Origin: Myxococcales bacterium
Lineage (GTDB): Bacteria; Desulfobacterota; Binatia; HRBIN30
Direction: 5' to 3'
Length of the DNA stretch: 54,252 bases
Assembly (NCBI GenBank): GCA_037445065.1
Contig: JBBILD010000025.1
Span: 1-54,252 of the forward strand
The position numbers and the translations under genes were made by a program. Shown in pieces: positions 36,746-47,300 of the stretch. Within the stretch, counting starts at the first letter, position 1; each line of letters begins with the position of its first letter. Below the pieces are notes generated by a model. That model saw only the letters and a program-made list of their open reading frames with translations. It did not search any database and was not told the DNA's origin.

Positions 36746-36967
36746 AGCATACCTCCTGATGGCCTCAGCAATGCCCAAGTGCAGGGTTAGTGCAAGTCGG
36801 CTTTGCCCAATGGCGAAGCGCCCACTCCAGGCCTGGGGCCAACGAGTTCACACCGAACTCGCCCGCTCGCTACGGCTCCCCTCTCAGGCGCGGCGACCTT
36901 TCTGCATTCCGCGCGCCGGTGCCCCATGCTAAACGCGGCGCGCGTATGAGCGAGAGGAGGCCGTAGA

Positions 36968-39900
36968 GTGCGGCGCAAGCGGGTCTGGGCGCTCCTCTTG
37001 CTCTGCACCCTGCCATCTCCCTTGTGGGGCGCGTGGTCACAGGCAGCGGCACCGGCAGCGATGTTCCCTGCGCCTGTACCGCCAGCCTCGGTGGAAGGCT
37101 CGATTGCACCAGAGCAGGCTTCCGTTCCACTGGAGGTGCGGGAGGTGTTCCCCGGGCTACCCTTCGACGGGCGTATTCCACCGAACCCGACGGTTGCTGT
37201 AGGGCCGAACCACGTGCTGCTGGTGCACAACGGTGCCCTACGGGTACAGGCGCGCACGGGGGAGGTCCTCTGGGAACAAGAGCTGTTGAGTTTTTTCTCC
37301 CCGCTAGCGCAAAGCGCTGACTTCCTCACCGATCCGCGGGCGATGTTCGATGCAGGTCGCTTCTGGCTCGTGGTGGCGGCACGGCGGCCGAGCCCGCTCA
37401 GCTCGTTTTTTTTTCTCGCCGTGTCCCGCACTGCCGACGCAACCGGCCCATGGTGGCTCTACGCCCTCGACGTGAATTCGCAAGGTAGCTCCGACTTCGC
37501 TGACCTCCCGTCCATCGGCTCCGATGACCGTGCCATTTACCTGACTGCGAACCTGTTCGACCTCGACACCCTGGACTTTCGCGGCGCCCTGATCCGCGTG
37601 CTGCCCAAGGCAGCCGCGCTGCAAGGCGCACCTGTGAGCTGGCACGATTTCCGCGGCCTTTCCGCGGGAGGCACTGCGGCGTTTCACCTGGTCGCCGCGC
37701 AGGCCTGGTCGCCCGCGCCTGCTGGGTACATTGCGGCGACTCGCTTTCCGGCGGCTTGTGAACTCGCAGTGTGGCGGGTGATCACGCCGGAAACCGGAGA
37801 CCCTCTGCTGACCTTGAGGCGAATCCCGGTACAGCCACCGTGCGGGCCCCCGCCCAATGCGGCGCAGCAAGGAAGCTCGGTGCGCATCGAGACCGGCGGG
37901 CCGCGCCTCAACAGCGCCATTTGGCGGGATGATTCTCTGTGGCTCGCCGCGACCGCGGGCTTCGACTGGGGCAGTGGTTTGGCAGCAACGGTGCGCGTTT
38001 GGCAAGTGCATACGGCGGGATTCCCCGCCGTGAATCTCTTGCAGGACTTCTGGCACGGGGCGGCGGGCATTCATACCTTTTACCCCGCTCTTGCGGTGGA
38101 CCCGGCGGGTAACGCGCTTCTGACCTACAACTCGTCTGGCGCGAGTGCGTTCGTGGGGCTGTTTGCCGCTGGTCAGTTGCGCCAGGATGCGCGCAACGCC
38201 TTGGGTGCCCCAATCGGCATCCAGGCCGGACTCGATTCCTATGTGCGGCTCGACTCCCAAGGGCGCAACCGTTGGGGCGATTACAACACCGCAGTGGTGG
38301 ACCCAGTAGACAACTCCTTCTGGGTATTCGGAGAAGTGGCCGACCGCGACAACCAATGGCAAACCGTGTTGGCACGCCTGGCGTTTGCGTTCCCGACTCC
38401 AACGGCCACCCGCACTGGCACCGCAACCGGCACGCCCACCGCCTCTCGCACCGCGACCCCTACCCCGACGCGCACGCGCACACCGCTCCCGTCGGTTACA
38501 CCCTCCTCCAGCGGGACTCCCACCCGGACCGCTACGCGGACCGCTACCCCGAGCCCAACCTGGTCGGCGACTGCTAGTCCCAGTGCTACTCGCTCCCCGA
38601 GTCCCACGAGCACGGCGACTTTCTCTGTCACTCCCAGCCCTACACGGAGCGCCACTTACAGCCCAACGCCGACCGTGACGCCCACCTTCACCGCGACTCC
38701 GAGTCGGACACCCACTGCCACCGCATCGGCCTCACCCTCCGTTACCGCCTCGCCCACCGCGAGCGCAACACCGACGCCCTCTCGCAGTCCTCGGCCCTCA
38801 GCGACGTTCTCCCCGAGCAGCACTTACACCATTACGAGGACACCCACCGTAACCCGAACTCCCAGCCGTTCGCCCAGCCCCACGGCAACGGCAACTCGGA
38901 TTCCCACCCGCACCCACACTCCGACGCGCGAGCCTACTCTTACCGCCACGCCGACCTGGACGGTGACGCCCACCCGCACGCACACGCCCACCCGTACTGC
39001 GACGGGTCCGACGCCAACCCCCTCCCCGACACCTTCTGCTTCTCCCTCGCCAAGCGCGCCGACGAGGACCCCGACCGGGTCGCCGACTTCGTCCCCTACG
39101 CCCACCCCTACCCTCTCGCCGCCGCCGTCCTCGACTCCATCCTTCACCGCTAGCGCGTCCCCCACTCTCTCCCCGACTCTGGAACCCACAGCCACCCCCA
39201 GCGCCACACCCTCTCTTACGGCCACAGCCACCGCTTCACCCAGTCCCTCTCACAGCTCGACACCCTCCGCGACCCCGTCCGCAAGCTGGACGGTTCCTCC
39301 CTCTCCCAGCCCTTCGCGCACAGCCACCGCAAGCGTGAGCCCGTCTGCCAGCGCAACCAACACTCGCACTGTGACGCGGACGCTGTCTGCGACGGTAACT
39401 GCCACTCCCTCTGCGTCACAAAGCGCGCCACCCAGTGCGACCCCAAGTGCCAGCGCGACGCAGACGCCCACTGCCTCCCCGAGCCGTTCTCTGACTGCAA
39501 GCCGCACGCCTACGCTTACCGCAAGCCCCACGGCAACGCCTTCCCGCACGCCGAGTGCGAGCCCCAGTGTCACAGCCAGCTACACGATGACGGCGACCGC
39601 GACCCTGTCTGCAACTCCGTCTGCGAGTCCCTCCCCCACACCGAGCCGCACGACTACGCCCTCTCCCACAGCCAGCCACTCCGCCTCCCCGACTCTCACC
39701 GCGACCCTGACTCCAACTGCGAGCGCGAGCCCGACACCGACGGCGAGCGCTACGCCCACCAAGACACCCTCCCCAACTTCGTCTCCGACTCCCCCGAGTG
39801 CTCGCGCCGATTTCGACGGCGATGGGGTGCTCAGCGAGGCCGACTTGCGGATTTTGTTGCGGCAGATCTTCTCCCCGCAGGCGCTCAGCCGCAGTGCCGA

Positions 39901-39979
39901 CTTGAATCACGACGGGCACGTGTCGGCTGCCGACGTGACGGCCTTCTTGCTCCTGTGGCAGGAGCCTCCGCTCCCCTAA
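36968..39979 (+). CDS. Secreted protein: beta-rich N-terminal domain, about 470-aa Ser/Thr/Pro stalk, C-terminal dockerin-like domain
   Basis: Signal peptide, [12 protein letters not shown] and RWGDY motifs, long TPS tract, and [28 protein letters not shown]. Confidence 0.85.
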   Translation: MRRKRVWALLLLCTLPSPLWGAWSQAAAPAAMFPAPVPPASVEGSIAPEQASVPLEVREVFPGLPFDGRIPPNPTVAVGPNHVLLVHNGALRVQARTGEVLWEQELLSFFSPLAQSADFLTDPRAMFDAGRFWLVVAARRPSPLSSFFFLAVSRTADATGPWWLYALDVNSQGSSDFADLPSIGSDDRAIYLTANLFDLDTLDFRGALIRVLPKAAALQGAPVSWHDFRGLSAGGTAAFHLVAAQAWSPAPAGYIAATRFPAACELAVWRVITPETGDPLLTLRRIPVQPPCGPPPNAAQQGSSVRIETGGPRLNSAIWRDDSLWLAATAGFDWGSGLAATVRVWQVHTAGFPAVNLLQDFWHGAAGIHTFYPALAVDPAGNALLTYNSSGASAFVGLFAAGQLRQDARNALGAPIGIQAGLDSYVRLDSQGRNRWGDYNTAVVDPVDNSFWVFGEVADRDNQWQTVLARLAFAFPTPTATRTGTATGTPTASRTATPTPTRTRTPLPSVTPSSSGTPTRTATRTATPSPTWSATASPSATRSPSPTSTATFSVTPSPTRSATYSPTPTVTPTFTATPSRTPTATASASPSVTASPTASATPTPSRSPRPSATFSPSSTYTITRTPTVTRTPSRSPSPTATATRIPTRTHTPTREPTLTATPTWTVTPTRTHTPTRTATGPTPTPSPTPSASPSPSAPTRTPTGSPTSSPTPTPTLSPPPSSTPSFTASASPTLSPTLEPTATPSATPSLTATATASPSPSHSSTPSATPSASWTVPPSPSPSRTATASVSPSASATNTRTVTRTLSATVTATPSASQSAPPSATPSASATQTPTASPSRSLTASRTPTLTASPTATPSRTPSASPSVTASYTMTATATLSATPSASPSPTPSRTTTPSPTASHSASPTLTATLTPTASASPTPTASATPTKTPSPTSSPTPPSARADFDGDGVLSEADLRILLRQIFSPQALSRSADLNHDGHVSAADVTAFLLLWQEPPLP
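38393..39798 (+). repeat. Mucin-like Thr/Pro/Ser/Ala low-complexity coding tract
   Basis: About 1.4 kb of degenerate TATP/SPSP/TRTP units with no exact long DNA repeat unit. Confidence 0.9.
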
Positions 39980-40394
39980 CTGGAGAGGCTGCACGGCGTT
40001 GCACCACTGACCTTCCTTTCCGCGGAGGGCTCTGTTCCTGTGGAGCCGCAGCGACTGCGCAACACGCCGCCGGGGAACGGTCTCCCTCTTGAGCGTCTGG
40101 CTGGCAATCGCGGACGGCCGCGTTTTGGATTCTCTCTCGCAACGGCACGCGCCGCCGAGACGTGCAGGCTGCCGCAGAGCAGATCCTGCAACAAAGAACT
40201 CCTTCACCGAAAACCACCCTTCCTTCGTGCTGCAGTTACGACGGTAAAACGCGGAGCCTGGCCTGGGCCTCGGGCAGAGTCCGCTCTCCGCGCCCTACGT
40301 CCTGTTGAAACGGCAGTGGTGGTGTTCGGCGGCTGCGGTGGAGCAGGAGACGCTTTCGCAGCAGATCGGGACGTGAAGCTCCTTGCCCGCCTGA

Positions 40395-41141
40395 CTACGA
40401 GGTCACGGCGGTAAGGTGCAGGGTGCGGGCTTCCCGCAAAACGTCGTCGCTGCTGCCCCCAGCCACGATTCTTCCCTCGTGCAGCAATAGAGCGCGGCTA
40501 GCAACCTGCCGTGCGAATTCCGGCTGATGGGTGGCGAGCACCACACTGCCGCCGCGCCCGGCGAATTCGGTGACCACTTCCGCAATCAGTTCTTGGCGCG
40601 AGGCATCGAGCGCCGAGGTCGGTTCGTCGAGCAGGAGAATGTCCGGCTCGAGCATCAGAGCGCGGGCCAGCGACACGCGCTGCTGTTCTCCCCCGGAAAG
40701 CGTGCGCGGAAACGCATCGCGCAGGTGCGCGAGGTGCAGCCGCTCAAGCCACGCGCAAGCCCGCTCCTCGGCGCGCTGGGCAGGCCAACCCAACGCGTAG
40801 AGCGGCGCCTCGGTGAGGTTCTCGAACACCGTGCGATGGGGGAACAAGTGGAAATGCTGAAACACCATGCCGACCTTTCGCCTGACAGCCACGAATTCGC
40901 GCGCGTGCCGACGTTCCGACATGCCGGGCAGCAAAGCGTGCCCGAGCACCTCGATGCGTCCTGCGTCGAACGGCGTGAGATAGTTGATGGTACGCAGCAG
41001 CGTGGTCTTTCCCCCTCCGGAAGGCCCGAAGAGTGCGACCACCTCGCCGCGCGAGGTCGTAAACGACACGCCGCGCAAAACGGGCCGACCCGCGAACCGT
41101 ACGTGTACCCCTTCGACCCGCAGCGCCAGCCCGTCGTTCAT
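40395..41141 (-). CDS. Polar amino acid ABC transporter ATP-binding protein
   Basis: GPSGGGKTT, GMVFQHFHLFPH, LSGGEQQRV, LLDEPTSALD; ATGA overlap with the permease gene. Confidence 0.93.
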   Translation of the reverse strand: MNDGLALRVEGVHVRFAGRPVLRGVSFTTSRGEVVALFGPSGGGKTTLLRTINYLTPFDAGRIEVLGHALLPGMSERRHAREFVAVRRKVGMVFQHFHLFPHRTVFENLTEAPLYALGWPAQRAEERACAWLERLHLAHLRDAFPRTLSGGEQQRVSLARALMLEPDILLLDEPTSALDASRQELIAEVVTEFAGRGGSVVLATHQPEFARQVASRALLLHEGRIVAGGSSDDVLREARTLHLTAVTS

Positions 41142-42613
41142 CGCTCCCCACTCAATTGTTGCTCGAGACGGCGCGCGAGTCGGGACAATGGCAAGCTCAT
41201 GGCGAGATACAGCGCCGCACACAAGAGACCCGGGACGAGCCAACTGCGCAAGTCTACCGCCGTGATGGTCATCTGCTTGGTGAGTTCCACAACGGTAATC
41301 ACAGAGACGATCGAAGAGTCTTTAAGCAAAGCGATAAAATCATTGGCCATCCCGGGCAGAGCGACCTTCAAAGCCTGCGGCAACACGACGCGCCGGAAGG
41401 TGACCCAGCGCGACATGCCGAGAGCGAGCCCTGCCTCTCGCTGTCCGAGCGACACAGCGCGAAAGCCGGCACGGTACAGTTCCGATTCGTAAGCAGCGTA
41501 GTTCATCCCCAGACCGAGCACCGCCGTGGTGAATGCGTCGAGGGCAATATACGGTGCAAGCCCGTAGTAGAGCACGTAGAGCTGCAAGAGAACGGGCGTG
41601 CCCCGAAAGAGCTCCACGTATCCACGCGCCAGCCCGCGCAAGGCGAGGACGCTGGATTCCGCTCCCGCGCTGACGATGAGGCCGAGGCTCACCGCGACTG
41701 CCATGGCCAGGATCGAGAGCACGAAGGTCACCCCGGCACCGCGCAAAAACAGGCCAAGGTGTGACCAGGTTGCCGTAGAGGCCTCGGCCCGTGAAATTCG
41801 TGCCGCCACCTCCGGCATCGAGAGTCGCCAAGCGCTGAGGATGCGTGCCAGCTCTCCGTCGCTGCTCATCTCCGCCAAGGCCTGGTCTAGCGCTCGCCAT
41901 AACGTTCGATCCCGTGGGCGAACCGCCATCGCATACCCTCCGCCCGGCAAGCGCGCGGCTTCTACTAAGTGCGGGCGCACTAGCCCGTACCGCTCGGCGA
42001 TCACGTGATCGAGCAACACTGCTTCGAGCCGCCGATTCTCGAGGTCAATGAATGGCTCCTCCACGCCATCGTAGAGAACCACGTGCACACCTGGAGTGGC
42101 ACGCAACATCTCGTGCGCAAGCGAGCTGGCGAGTGTACCGACCCGCTGCCCCGTCAAGGCAGCTAGGGACGGCGGCAGCGAGCTGGATGCTTCGCGGCGG
42201 ACCACGAGACTCTCGTAAAAAGCGGCGTAGGGGCGGGTGAGCAAAAAATCCCGTGCGCGCGCAGGGGTAACCTCGATCCCGTTCACGGCCACATCGAAAT
42301 CCCCGCGCACAAGAGCTGAAAGAAGCGTTGCCCAATCGGCCTGCACGAATTCCGCCCGCACACCCAAGCGGCGAGCAACCGACTCCATGATTTCCACCTC
42401 GAAGCCGCGCAGTTGCTCTGCGTTGAGGGGGTCACGGAACACATAGGGCTCTCCACCCTGTAGGTCGCCTCCCCAACGCAGCACTCCAGCCTGGCGCACG
42501 CGGGACAGACTCTCGTCGGACACCGCTGCGTCGTTTCCCTGCGCGGCGCAAGCGGCCGGGGCCGATGCGGTCGCCAGCAAGATCAGGCCGCCAATCGCGC
42601 ACTGCACGAGCAC
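41138..42613 (-). CDS. Fused amino acid ABC transporter substrate-binding protein/permease
   Basis: SBP family 3 domain (GFEVEI, GDFDVAVNG) followed by FRGTPVLLQL, AAYESE, ALGMS and LLKDSS. The start is uncertain. Confidence 0.9.
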   Translation of the reverse strand: MLVQCAIGGLILLATASAPAACAAQGNDAAVSDESLSRVRQAGVLRWGGDLQGGEPYVFRDPLNAEQLRGFEVEIMESVARRLGVRAEFVQADWATLLSALVRGDFDVAVNGIEVTPARARDFLLTRPYAAFYESLVVRREASSSLPPSLAALTGQRVGTLASSLAHEMLRATPGVHVVLYDGVEEPFIDLENRRLEAVLLDHVIAERYGLVRPHLVEAARLPGGGYAMAVRPRDRTLWRALDQALAEMSSDGELARILSAWRLSMPEVAARISRAEASTATWSHLGLFLRGAGVTFVLSILAMAVAVSLGLIVSAGAESSVLALRGLARGYVELFRGTPVLLQLYVLYYGLAPYIALDAFTTAVLGLGMNYAAYESELYRAGFRAVSLGQREAGLALGMSRWVTFRRVVLPQALKVALPGMANDFIALLKDSSIVSVITVVELTKQMTITAVDLRSWLVPGLLCAALYLAMSLPLSRLARRLEQQLSGER

Positions 42614-42764
42614 GCTCCCGAGCCGGGTGCCAACATGCGCAGCCAAGGAGATTGCCGGGCTAAGACAGCAGGAACCCATCAGCGGCGTGCGGTACGCCGG
42701 CAAAAGCAGCCGGGAGCCGAGTTCTGCTCTCCATCGCGGGTCGGCAGCGTAGCGACGATGGCCC

Positions 42765-43763
42765 TCAGTGGGAAGAGGTTTGCGGCAGGAGTCCAGCAGC
42801 CACCAGACCCTGCGTCGGGTCAACTTCGAACCACGCCACGGCGGTCGCCTCTTCTAACAAGACGGGCCACGGCTCCGGAAAGAGCCAGCAGTACAGGCGA
42901 AACCGCTGGCCATCCGATTCAACCGCGCCTAAGGCGAACGACAGGAACGACCCGGTAGCCGGGAGCGGGTGCTCGAGCAGCGCCGGCGCAAAACGACGGA
43001 AGAGTTCCTCGCCCGCCTGCCACAGACGCGCCTTCTCAGGGTCTGCAAGTACCTCTGCAGGCGGCCACGAAGGCAACACCGCGCGCCGCAATTCGATCAG
43101 GGACACACCTTTCTTCGTAGGATCCGCTTGGGGGAGCGGCGGTAAGACCACACACCGCCGTACAGCCTCTTTCGGAGGGACGCCCTCCGGTGGCGGGGTA
43201 GCCAATGCGCTCGGCTGGGCTGCTGGCGCTGCCAGCTCATCGCCGGAAGGCGTCTCTGCATCGGCCACTCGCTCGCCGAGCGTGCTACTTCTCAAGGCGC
43301 CCTCGCTCGCGGCCGCGGCAGGTGCTGGTTCTACTGCGATCTCAGGGGCCGTGGGCGCTTCCACCGGGGTGCGCGACTCTCGTTCGGCGTAAGCTGTCTC
43401 GGCAGGCGAAGGTCCATTGTCCGGATGCCACGGGTCCACCGATGGCAGCGGCGGCGCAGTGGGCCACAACCATTCTGCCTCCTCGCCTTCCGCGCTTGCC
43501 GGGGTTGGCGCGTGTGCCCCAACTGTGGGCACCGGTGCAGTGCTCGAAGCCACGGCTTCTGCCGTCTCGGCCTCCACCGCAAGAGTGGCTCTCCGGCGCC
43601 GTTCTTCCGCCAAACGCATCAGGAACGGAACCAAGCTCAGAAAAAGGAAAGCGCAGGCAACCGCAGCAACTTCCTCCGCGGTCAGCGAAGGGCCGGACAA
43701 GAGCAGCCGTTCCATCGCGCGTGATGAAGCCGATTTCACCGCGACAGGCAAGAAGCCTTGCAT
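42765..43763 (-). CDS. Hypothetical single-pass membrane protein with Pro/Ala/Glu-rich linker
   Basis: TM-like VAAVACAFLFLSLVPFLM followed by a basic RRRR patch, a disordered linker and a globular C-terminus. Start is 43763 or 43715. Confidence 0.55.
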   Translation of the reverse strand: MQGFLPVAVKSASSRAMERLLLSGPSLTAEEVAAVACAFLFLSLVPFLMRLAEERRRRATLAVEAETAEAVASSTAPVPTVGAHAPTPASAEGEEAEWLWPTAPPLPSVDPWHPDNGPSPAETAYAERESRTPVEAPTAPEIAVEPAPAAAASEGALRSSTLGERVADAETPSGDELAAPAAQPSALATPPPEGVPPKEAVRRCVVLPPLPQADPTKKGVSLIELRRAVLPSWPPAEVLADPEKARLWQAGEELFRRFAPALLEHPLPATGSFLSFALGAVESDGQRFRLYCWLFPEPWPVLLEEATAVAWFEVDPTQGLVAAGLLPQTSSH

Positions 43764-44086
43764 CTTGCCTTCGGCACCGCCCGCAGAAGCGCCCTGCCTT
43801 GAAATTTGGGAAGGCTTCGCCTGTCCCCCAGGGAGGCCCGGCCGCCCATTCAGTGATGCTGCTGGCCCTGCGTACGCCCGCACCATGCCCGTGAAGGGTT
43901 CACCGCGAGTGCCGAGTGACGGCTCGTTTTCTGCGCGCCACACCCAGCGAGGGAACGATCGAGTTGCCATCCCAGCAGCTTTGTGCGAACCAGCGCGGCC
44001 TGCGGGGTTTCTATGCGTGGAAGACGACGACTGCCCGCTCTCACCGACAACGCCTTGCCAGGGTGGGACCAGGAAGTGCGGTGGAC

Positions 44087-45949
44087 ATGAACCCCCTCTT
44101 CCACATTTCCTTGGCGCTGATCGCAGGTGTGGTCGCGCACTTGATCGCGGCACGTTTGGCGCTTCCCAGCATTGTTATCTTGCTGCCCACGGGCGTGCTC
44201 ATCGGGCCAGACGGCTTGGGTTGGCTGGATCCGGCACAGTTTCGTGCCGCGCAAGCGGAGTTGGTGAGTTTGGCGGTAACGATCATCCTATTCGAGGGAG
44301 CGTTAGCTTTGCGCGTTCCTTACCTCCGCCAGCAAACCCGCACCCTCGGCATGCTCCTCACTGTGGGCGCACTGATCTCGCTCTTGTGCGGCACAGCGGC
44401 AGCACGGTTCTTCCTCGACATGCCGTGGAATCTGGCTTGGCTCTATGGAGCGATCGTCATCGTGACCGGACCGACTGTGGTCTCCCCCCTGCTCGCCCGC
44501 TTAGCCATAGACCGTCGGGTGCGCGAGATTCTGGTTGCCGAGGGGGTTCTGATCGATCCAATCGGCGCGATCTTTGCGATCGTGCTCGCGGAGTATTTCC
44601 TCGGGCACGCCGGCCCGTGGGCTGCCGGCTGGCTCGTCCTGTTTCGACTCGGTGTGGGCGCCTTCGTAGGCGCGGGAGCCGGGCTCGTTCTTACTGCCGC
44701 GTTGCGTCGCGGCTTGATTCCTGAGCAGCTCCGCAACCCGACTGTGCTCGCAGTGGTGCTGTTTGCAGCAACGCTGGCGAGTCGTATCTCGGCGGAAGCA
44801 GGGCTCATGGCGGCCGTAGCTCAGGGTGTGGTGATGGCCAACGCCGACCTGTACGGCACCGGCCGGTTGCGCGCTTTCAAGGAGGAGCTGACGCTGCTGT
44901 TCTTGGCGTTCATCTTCGTGGCCCTGGCTGCCGGATTGCCTGTGGCCGAAGTCGCCGCCCTCGACTGGAGGGGCCTAGCGGTGGTGGCGAGTCTGTTGTG
45001 GATCGGCCGCCCCCTCGCCGTGGTCGTATCTACCTGCGGTACGGACTTGCGTTGGGGCGAACGCGTGTTTCTCGCGTGGATTTGCCCGCGCGGGATCGTC
45101 GCTGCTTCGGTAGCTGGCTTGTTCGGCTTGCTACTCGCTGAGAAAGGCGTGGCGGGAGCAACGCGTCTCGAAGCGCTGGTCTTTGTTACCGTGGCCGTTA
45201 CCGTGGCCCTTCAGGGACTCACTGCGCCGCTCGTGGCACGGGTGACCGGGGTCAACTTGCCTTCGCTCAACGGTGCCCTGATCGTAGGCGGCGACTTCTT
45301 TGGCAGGTTGGTGGGGCGCTTGCTGGCCGCGCGCGGCCGACAAGTGGTGATCGTAGACAACAACGCCGGCCATTGCGCGGCCGCACAAAGCGCGGGTCTG
45401 GCAGTGTACCGAGGCGACGCGCTCCAAGCCGACACTCTGGATGCTGCCGGGATCCGGTTCGTAGACACGGTACTGGCCTTGACCCGCAATCTCGAGCTGA
45501 ACGATCTTGTCGCACAAGAGGTGCGAGAGCACTTTCGCATCGAGCGGGTGCTGTCTGTCGGTGCAGCCGCGCAAAGAAACGCCGATCGCCCATTCCCCGG
45601 GCGGCTTCCCCACCTCGATGAGGTGAACGCTGCTTTGCGGCACCGCCGCGCGCGTGTGAGGATATACCGGGTGCCGCGGGCAGTGGCCCGCAGGCTGCTC
45701 GCCGACCTGCCCTTTGCGGACGGTGAGGCGGCGGTGCTGCTCGAACGCCGCGGTCGAGTGTTTGTGGCTCGAGAGAACGAAGTACTCGAAGAGGAAGACA
45801 CCGTCATTTGCCTGCAAACGGAGCCCACCTCGAGTCCGCTCGAGCAGGTCCTGGAACTGGTTGCCGACCAACCCGCAGCTTCTCTGGAAGCGGAGAGCAC
45901 GGCACCGTTGCCGGGGCAACCGCGCGGGATGGAAAGCGGCGGAAGCTAA
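44087..45949 (+). CDS. CPA1 (NhaP-type) cation:proton antiporter with TrkA-N/RCK domain
   Basis: ILFEGAL, VTGPTVV, EGVLIDPIG, PRGIVAASVA, LQGLT, then ALIVGG..GDAL. Confidence 0.92.
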   Translation: MNPLFHISLALIAGVVAHLIAARLALPSIVILLPTGVLIGPDGLGWLDPAQFRAAQAELVSLAVTIILFEGALALRVPYLRQQTRTLGMLLTVGALISLLCGTAAARFFLDMPWNLAWLYGAIVIVTGPTVVSPLLARLAIDRRVREILVAEGVLIDPIGAIFAIVLAEYFLGHAGPWAAGWLVLFRLGVGAFVGAGAGLVLTAALRRGLIPEQLRNPTVLAVVLFAATLASRISAEAGLMAAVAQGVVMANADLYGTGRLRAFKEELTLLFLAFIFVALAAGLPVAEVAALDWRGLAVVASLLWIGRPLAVVVSTCGTDLRWGERVFLAWICPRGIVAASVAGLFGLLLAEKGVAGATRLEALVFVTVAVTVALQGLTAPLVARVTGVNLPSLNGALIVGGDFFGRLVGRLLAARGRQVVIVDNNAGHCAAAQSAGLAVYRGDALQADTLDAAGIRFVDTVLALTRNLELNDLVAQEVREHFRIERVLSVGAAAQRNADRPFPGRLPHLDEVNAALRHRRARVRIYRVPRAVARRLLADLPFADGEAAVLLERRGRVFVARENEVLEEEDTVICLQTEPTSSPLEQVLELVADQPAASLEAESTAPLPGQPRGMESGGS

Positions 45950-46067
45950 GGTTGCGGCCCGACACCCCCGTCCAAGACGGTGCCCTAGTTTTCCCGAACC
46001 TCCTATAATCGCCCCTTCTCCGCTTCCGCTCGCCACGCCTTGCCAGAAAGGAATTGAGCAGCGCGCC

Positions 46068-47060
46068 TCACTCCTGAGGAAGAGGCCCGGCCGGCGGCCG
46101 CTCTCTACCCTCGCCATCCTCCAAGGCGGACTGGTGCGACTGGGGCCCGTTGGTCAGGGCCACGTACAGGGAGGGTGGACGTCCTTGCTTCGGAACGCCG
46201 GGGTACAGCGTGAGATGTGGGAAGGGAATCTCGATGCCAGCCTGGTCAAAAGCCTTTTTCAGGCGGCGCAGATACTCCCGCCGCACGTCCCACTGGGAGC
46301 CTGGCAGCACTTTCATGCGTAGGCGCAAGAGTACCGCGCTGTCCTGAAATGCCTCCACGCCTACAACTTCGGGAGCGTCGAGAATGCGCTCGCACCACGG
46401 GCTCTCGTTTGCCATTTCCTGAGCCACCCGCCGCATCACCGCCAGGGCGGTGTCCGGGTCTTCCCGGTAGGCGACCCCGACATCGATTACCGATTGGGCA
46501 AAGCCCATGCTCTTGTTCACCACTGTGGTCACCGACCCGCAAGGTACGAAAATCACTTGCCCGCTGTAGTCGCGCAACCGAACCGTGCGGAGCGTAATTC
46601 CTTCCACGACGCCCGAGTACCCGCCCACTTCGACGATATCGCCGACGCGCAGTTGGCCCTCCAATAGGAGGGCGAAGCCGGAAAAGTAATCTTTCACTAA
46701 GCTTTGTGCGGCAAAGCCAGCGGCAATGCCTGTCACCCCAGCGGCAGTCAGTAGGGGAGCAATCGAAACGCCCAGGATCGACAGAATGCTGATTGCCGCC
46801 ACCGTCCAAATGACAGCCCGCACCACCAGCGTGAGGACGCGCCGAATGGTCTCCACTTGTTTGGCCCCATCGAGATCTGCCTTGGCACGCTTCACTCGCT
46901 CCAGGGCAACTCGAATGGAATGAACCAAGATGGTGCTCGTGAGCAGTGCCAGCCCCACGACCAGTGCGACCCGCAGGGCGTTTGCCGCAAGCTGGATGCG
47001 CCATAGGTTCCAATCGAAAACCGCGAGTTCGCTGCGAATGTTTTGTAGCAATTCCTCCAT
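46068..47060 (-). CDS. MscS family mechanosensitive channel
   Basis: [48 protein letters not shown]. Start ATG 47060 follows GGAG. Confidence 0.92.
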   Translation of the reverse strand: MEELLQNIRSELAVFDWNLWRIQLAANALRVALVVGLALLTSTILVHSIRVALERVKRAKADLDGAKQVETIRRVLTLVVRAVIWTVAAISILSILGVSIAPLLTAAGVTGIAAGFAAQSLVKDYFSGFALLLEGQLRVGDIVEVGGYSGVVEGITLRTVRLRDYSGQVIFVPCGSVTTVVNKSMGFAQSVIDVGVAYREDPDTALAVMRRVAQEMANESPWCERILDAPEVVGVEAFQDSAVLLRLRMKVLPGSQWDVRREYLRRLKKAFDQAGIEIPFPHLTLYPGVPKQGRPPSLYVALTNGPQSHQSALEDGEGRERPPAGPLPQE

Positions 47061-47300
47061 GCTCCCCTCCTGCGACGGGAATCCTTGCACGATACCAGCC
47101 GCGAACTGCATTTCATCCCGTCCGTGCCCCTCGCCGGACCGATTCTGCAAGACTGTGCGACACGCGATCCGACCGTACAGCCCGCCGCATCGTGGCGTTG
47201 CATCCGTTCGGACCGCCTCCTGCCAGCGGCGAGTGCCGGCGAAAACTGCGCCCGCAAAACCCTTGCCGCCTCGCTTCGCGTTGTGGCAAGTTCGGGCGCC

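Noticed and set aside
38393..39798. CRISPR array or VNTR
   Set aside because: There is no constant repeat with unique spacers; it is in-frame low-complexity coding sequence.
39980..40394. Possible ncRNA or small gene between convergent genes
   Set aside because: I recognised no RNA motif, terminator or credible ORF; an Rfam scan would be needed.
199..46597. Numerous overlapping Arg/Pro/Ala-rich alternative-frame and antisense ORFs in the track
   Set aside because: These are expected shadows of real genes in high-GC DNA and show no family motifs.
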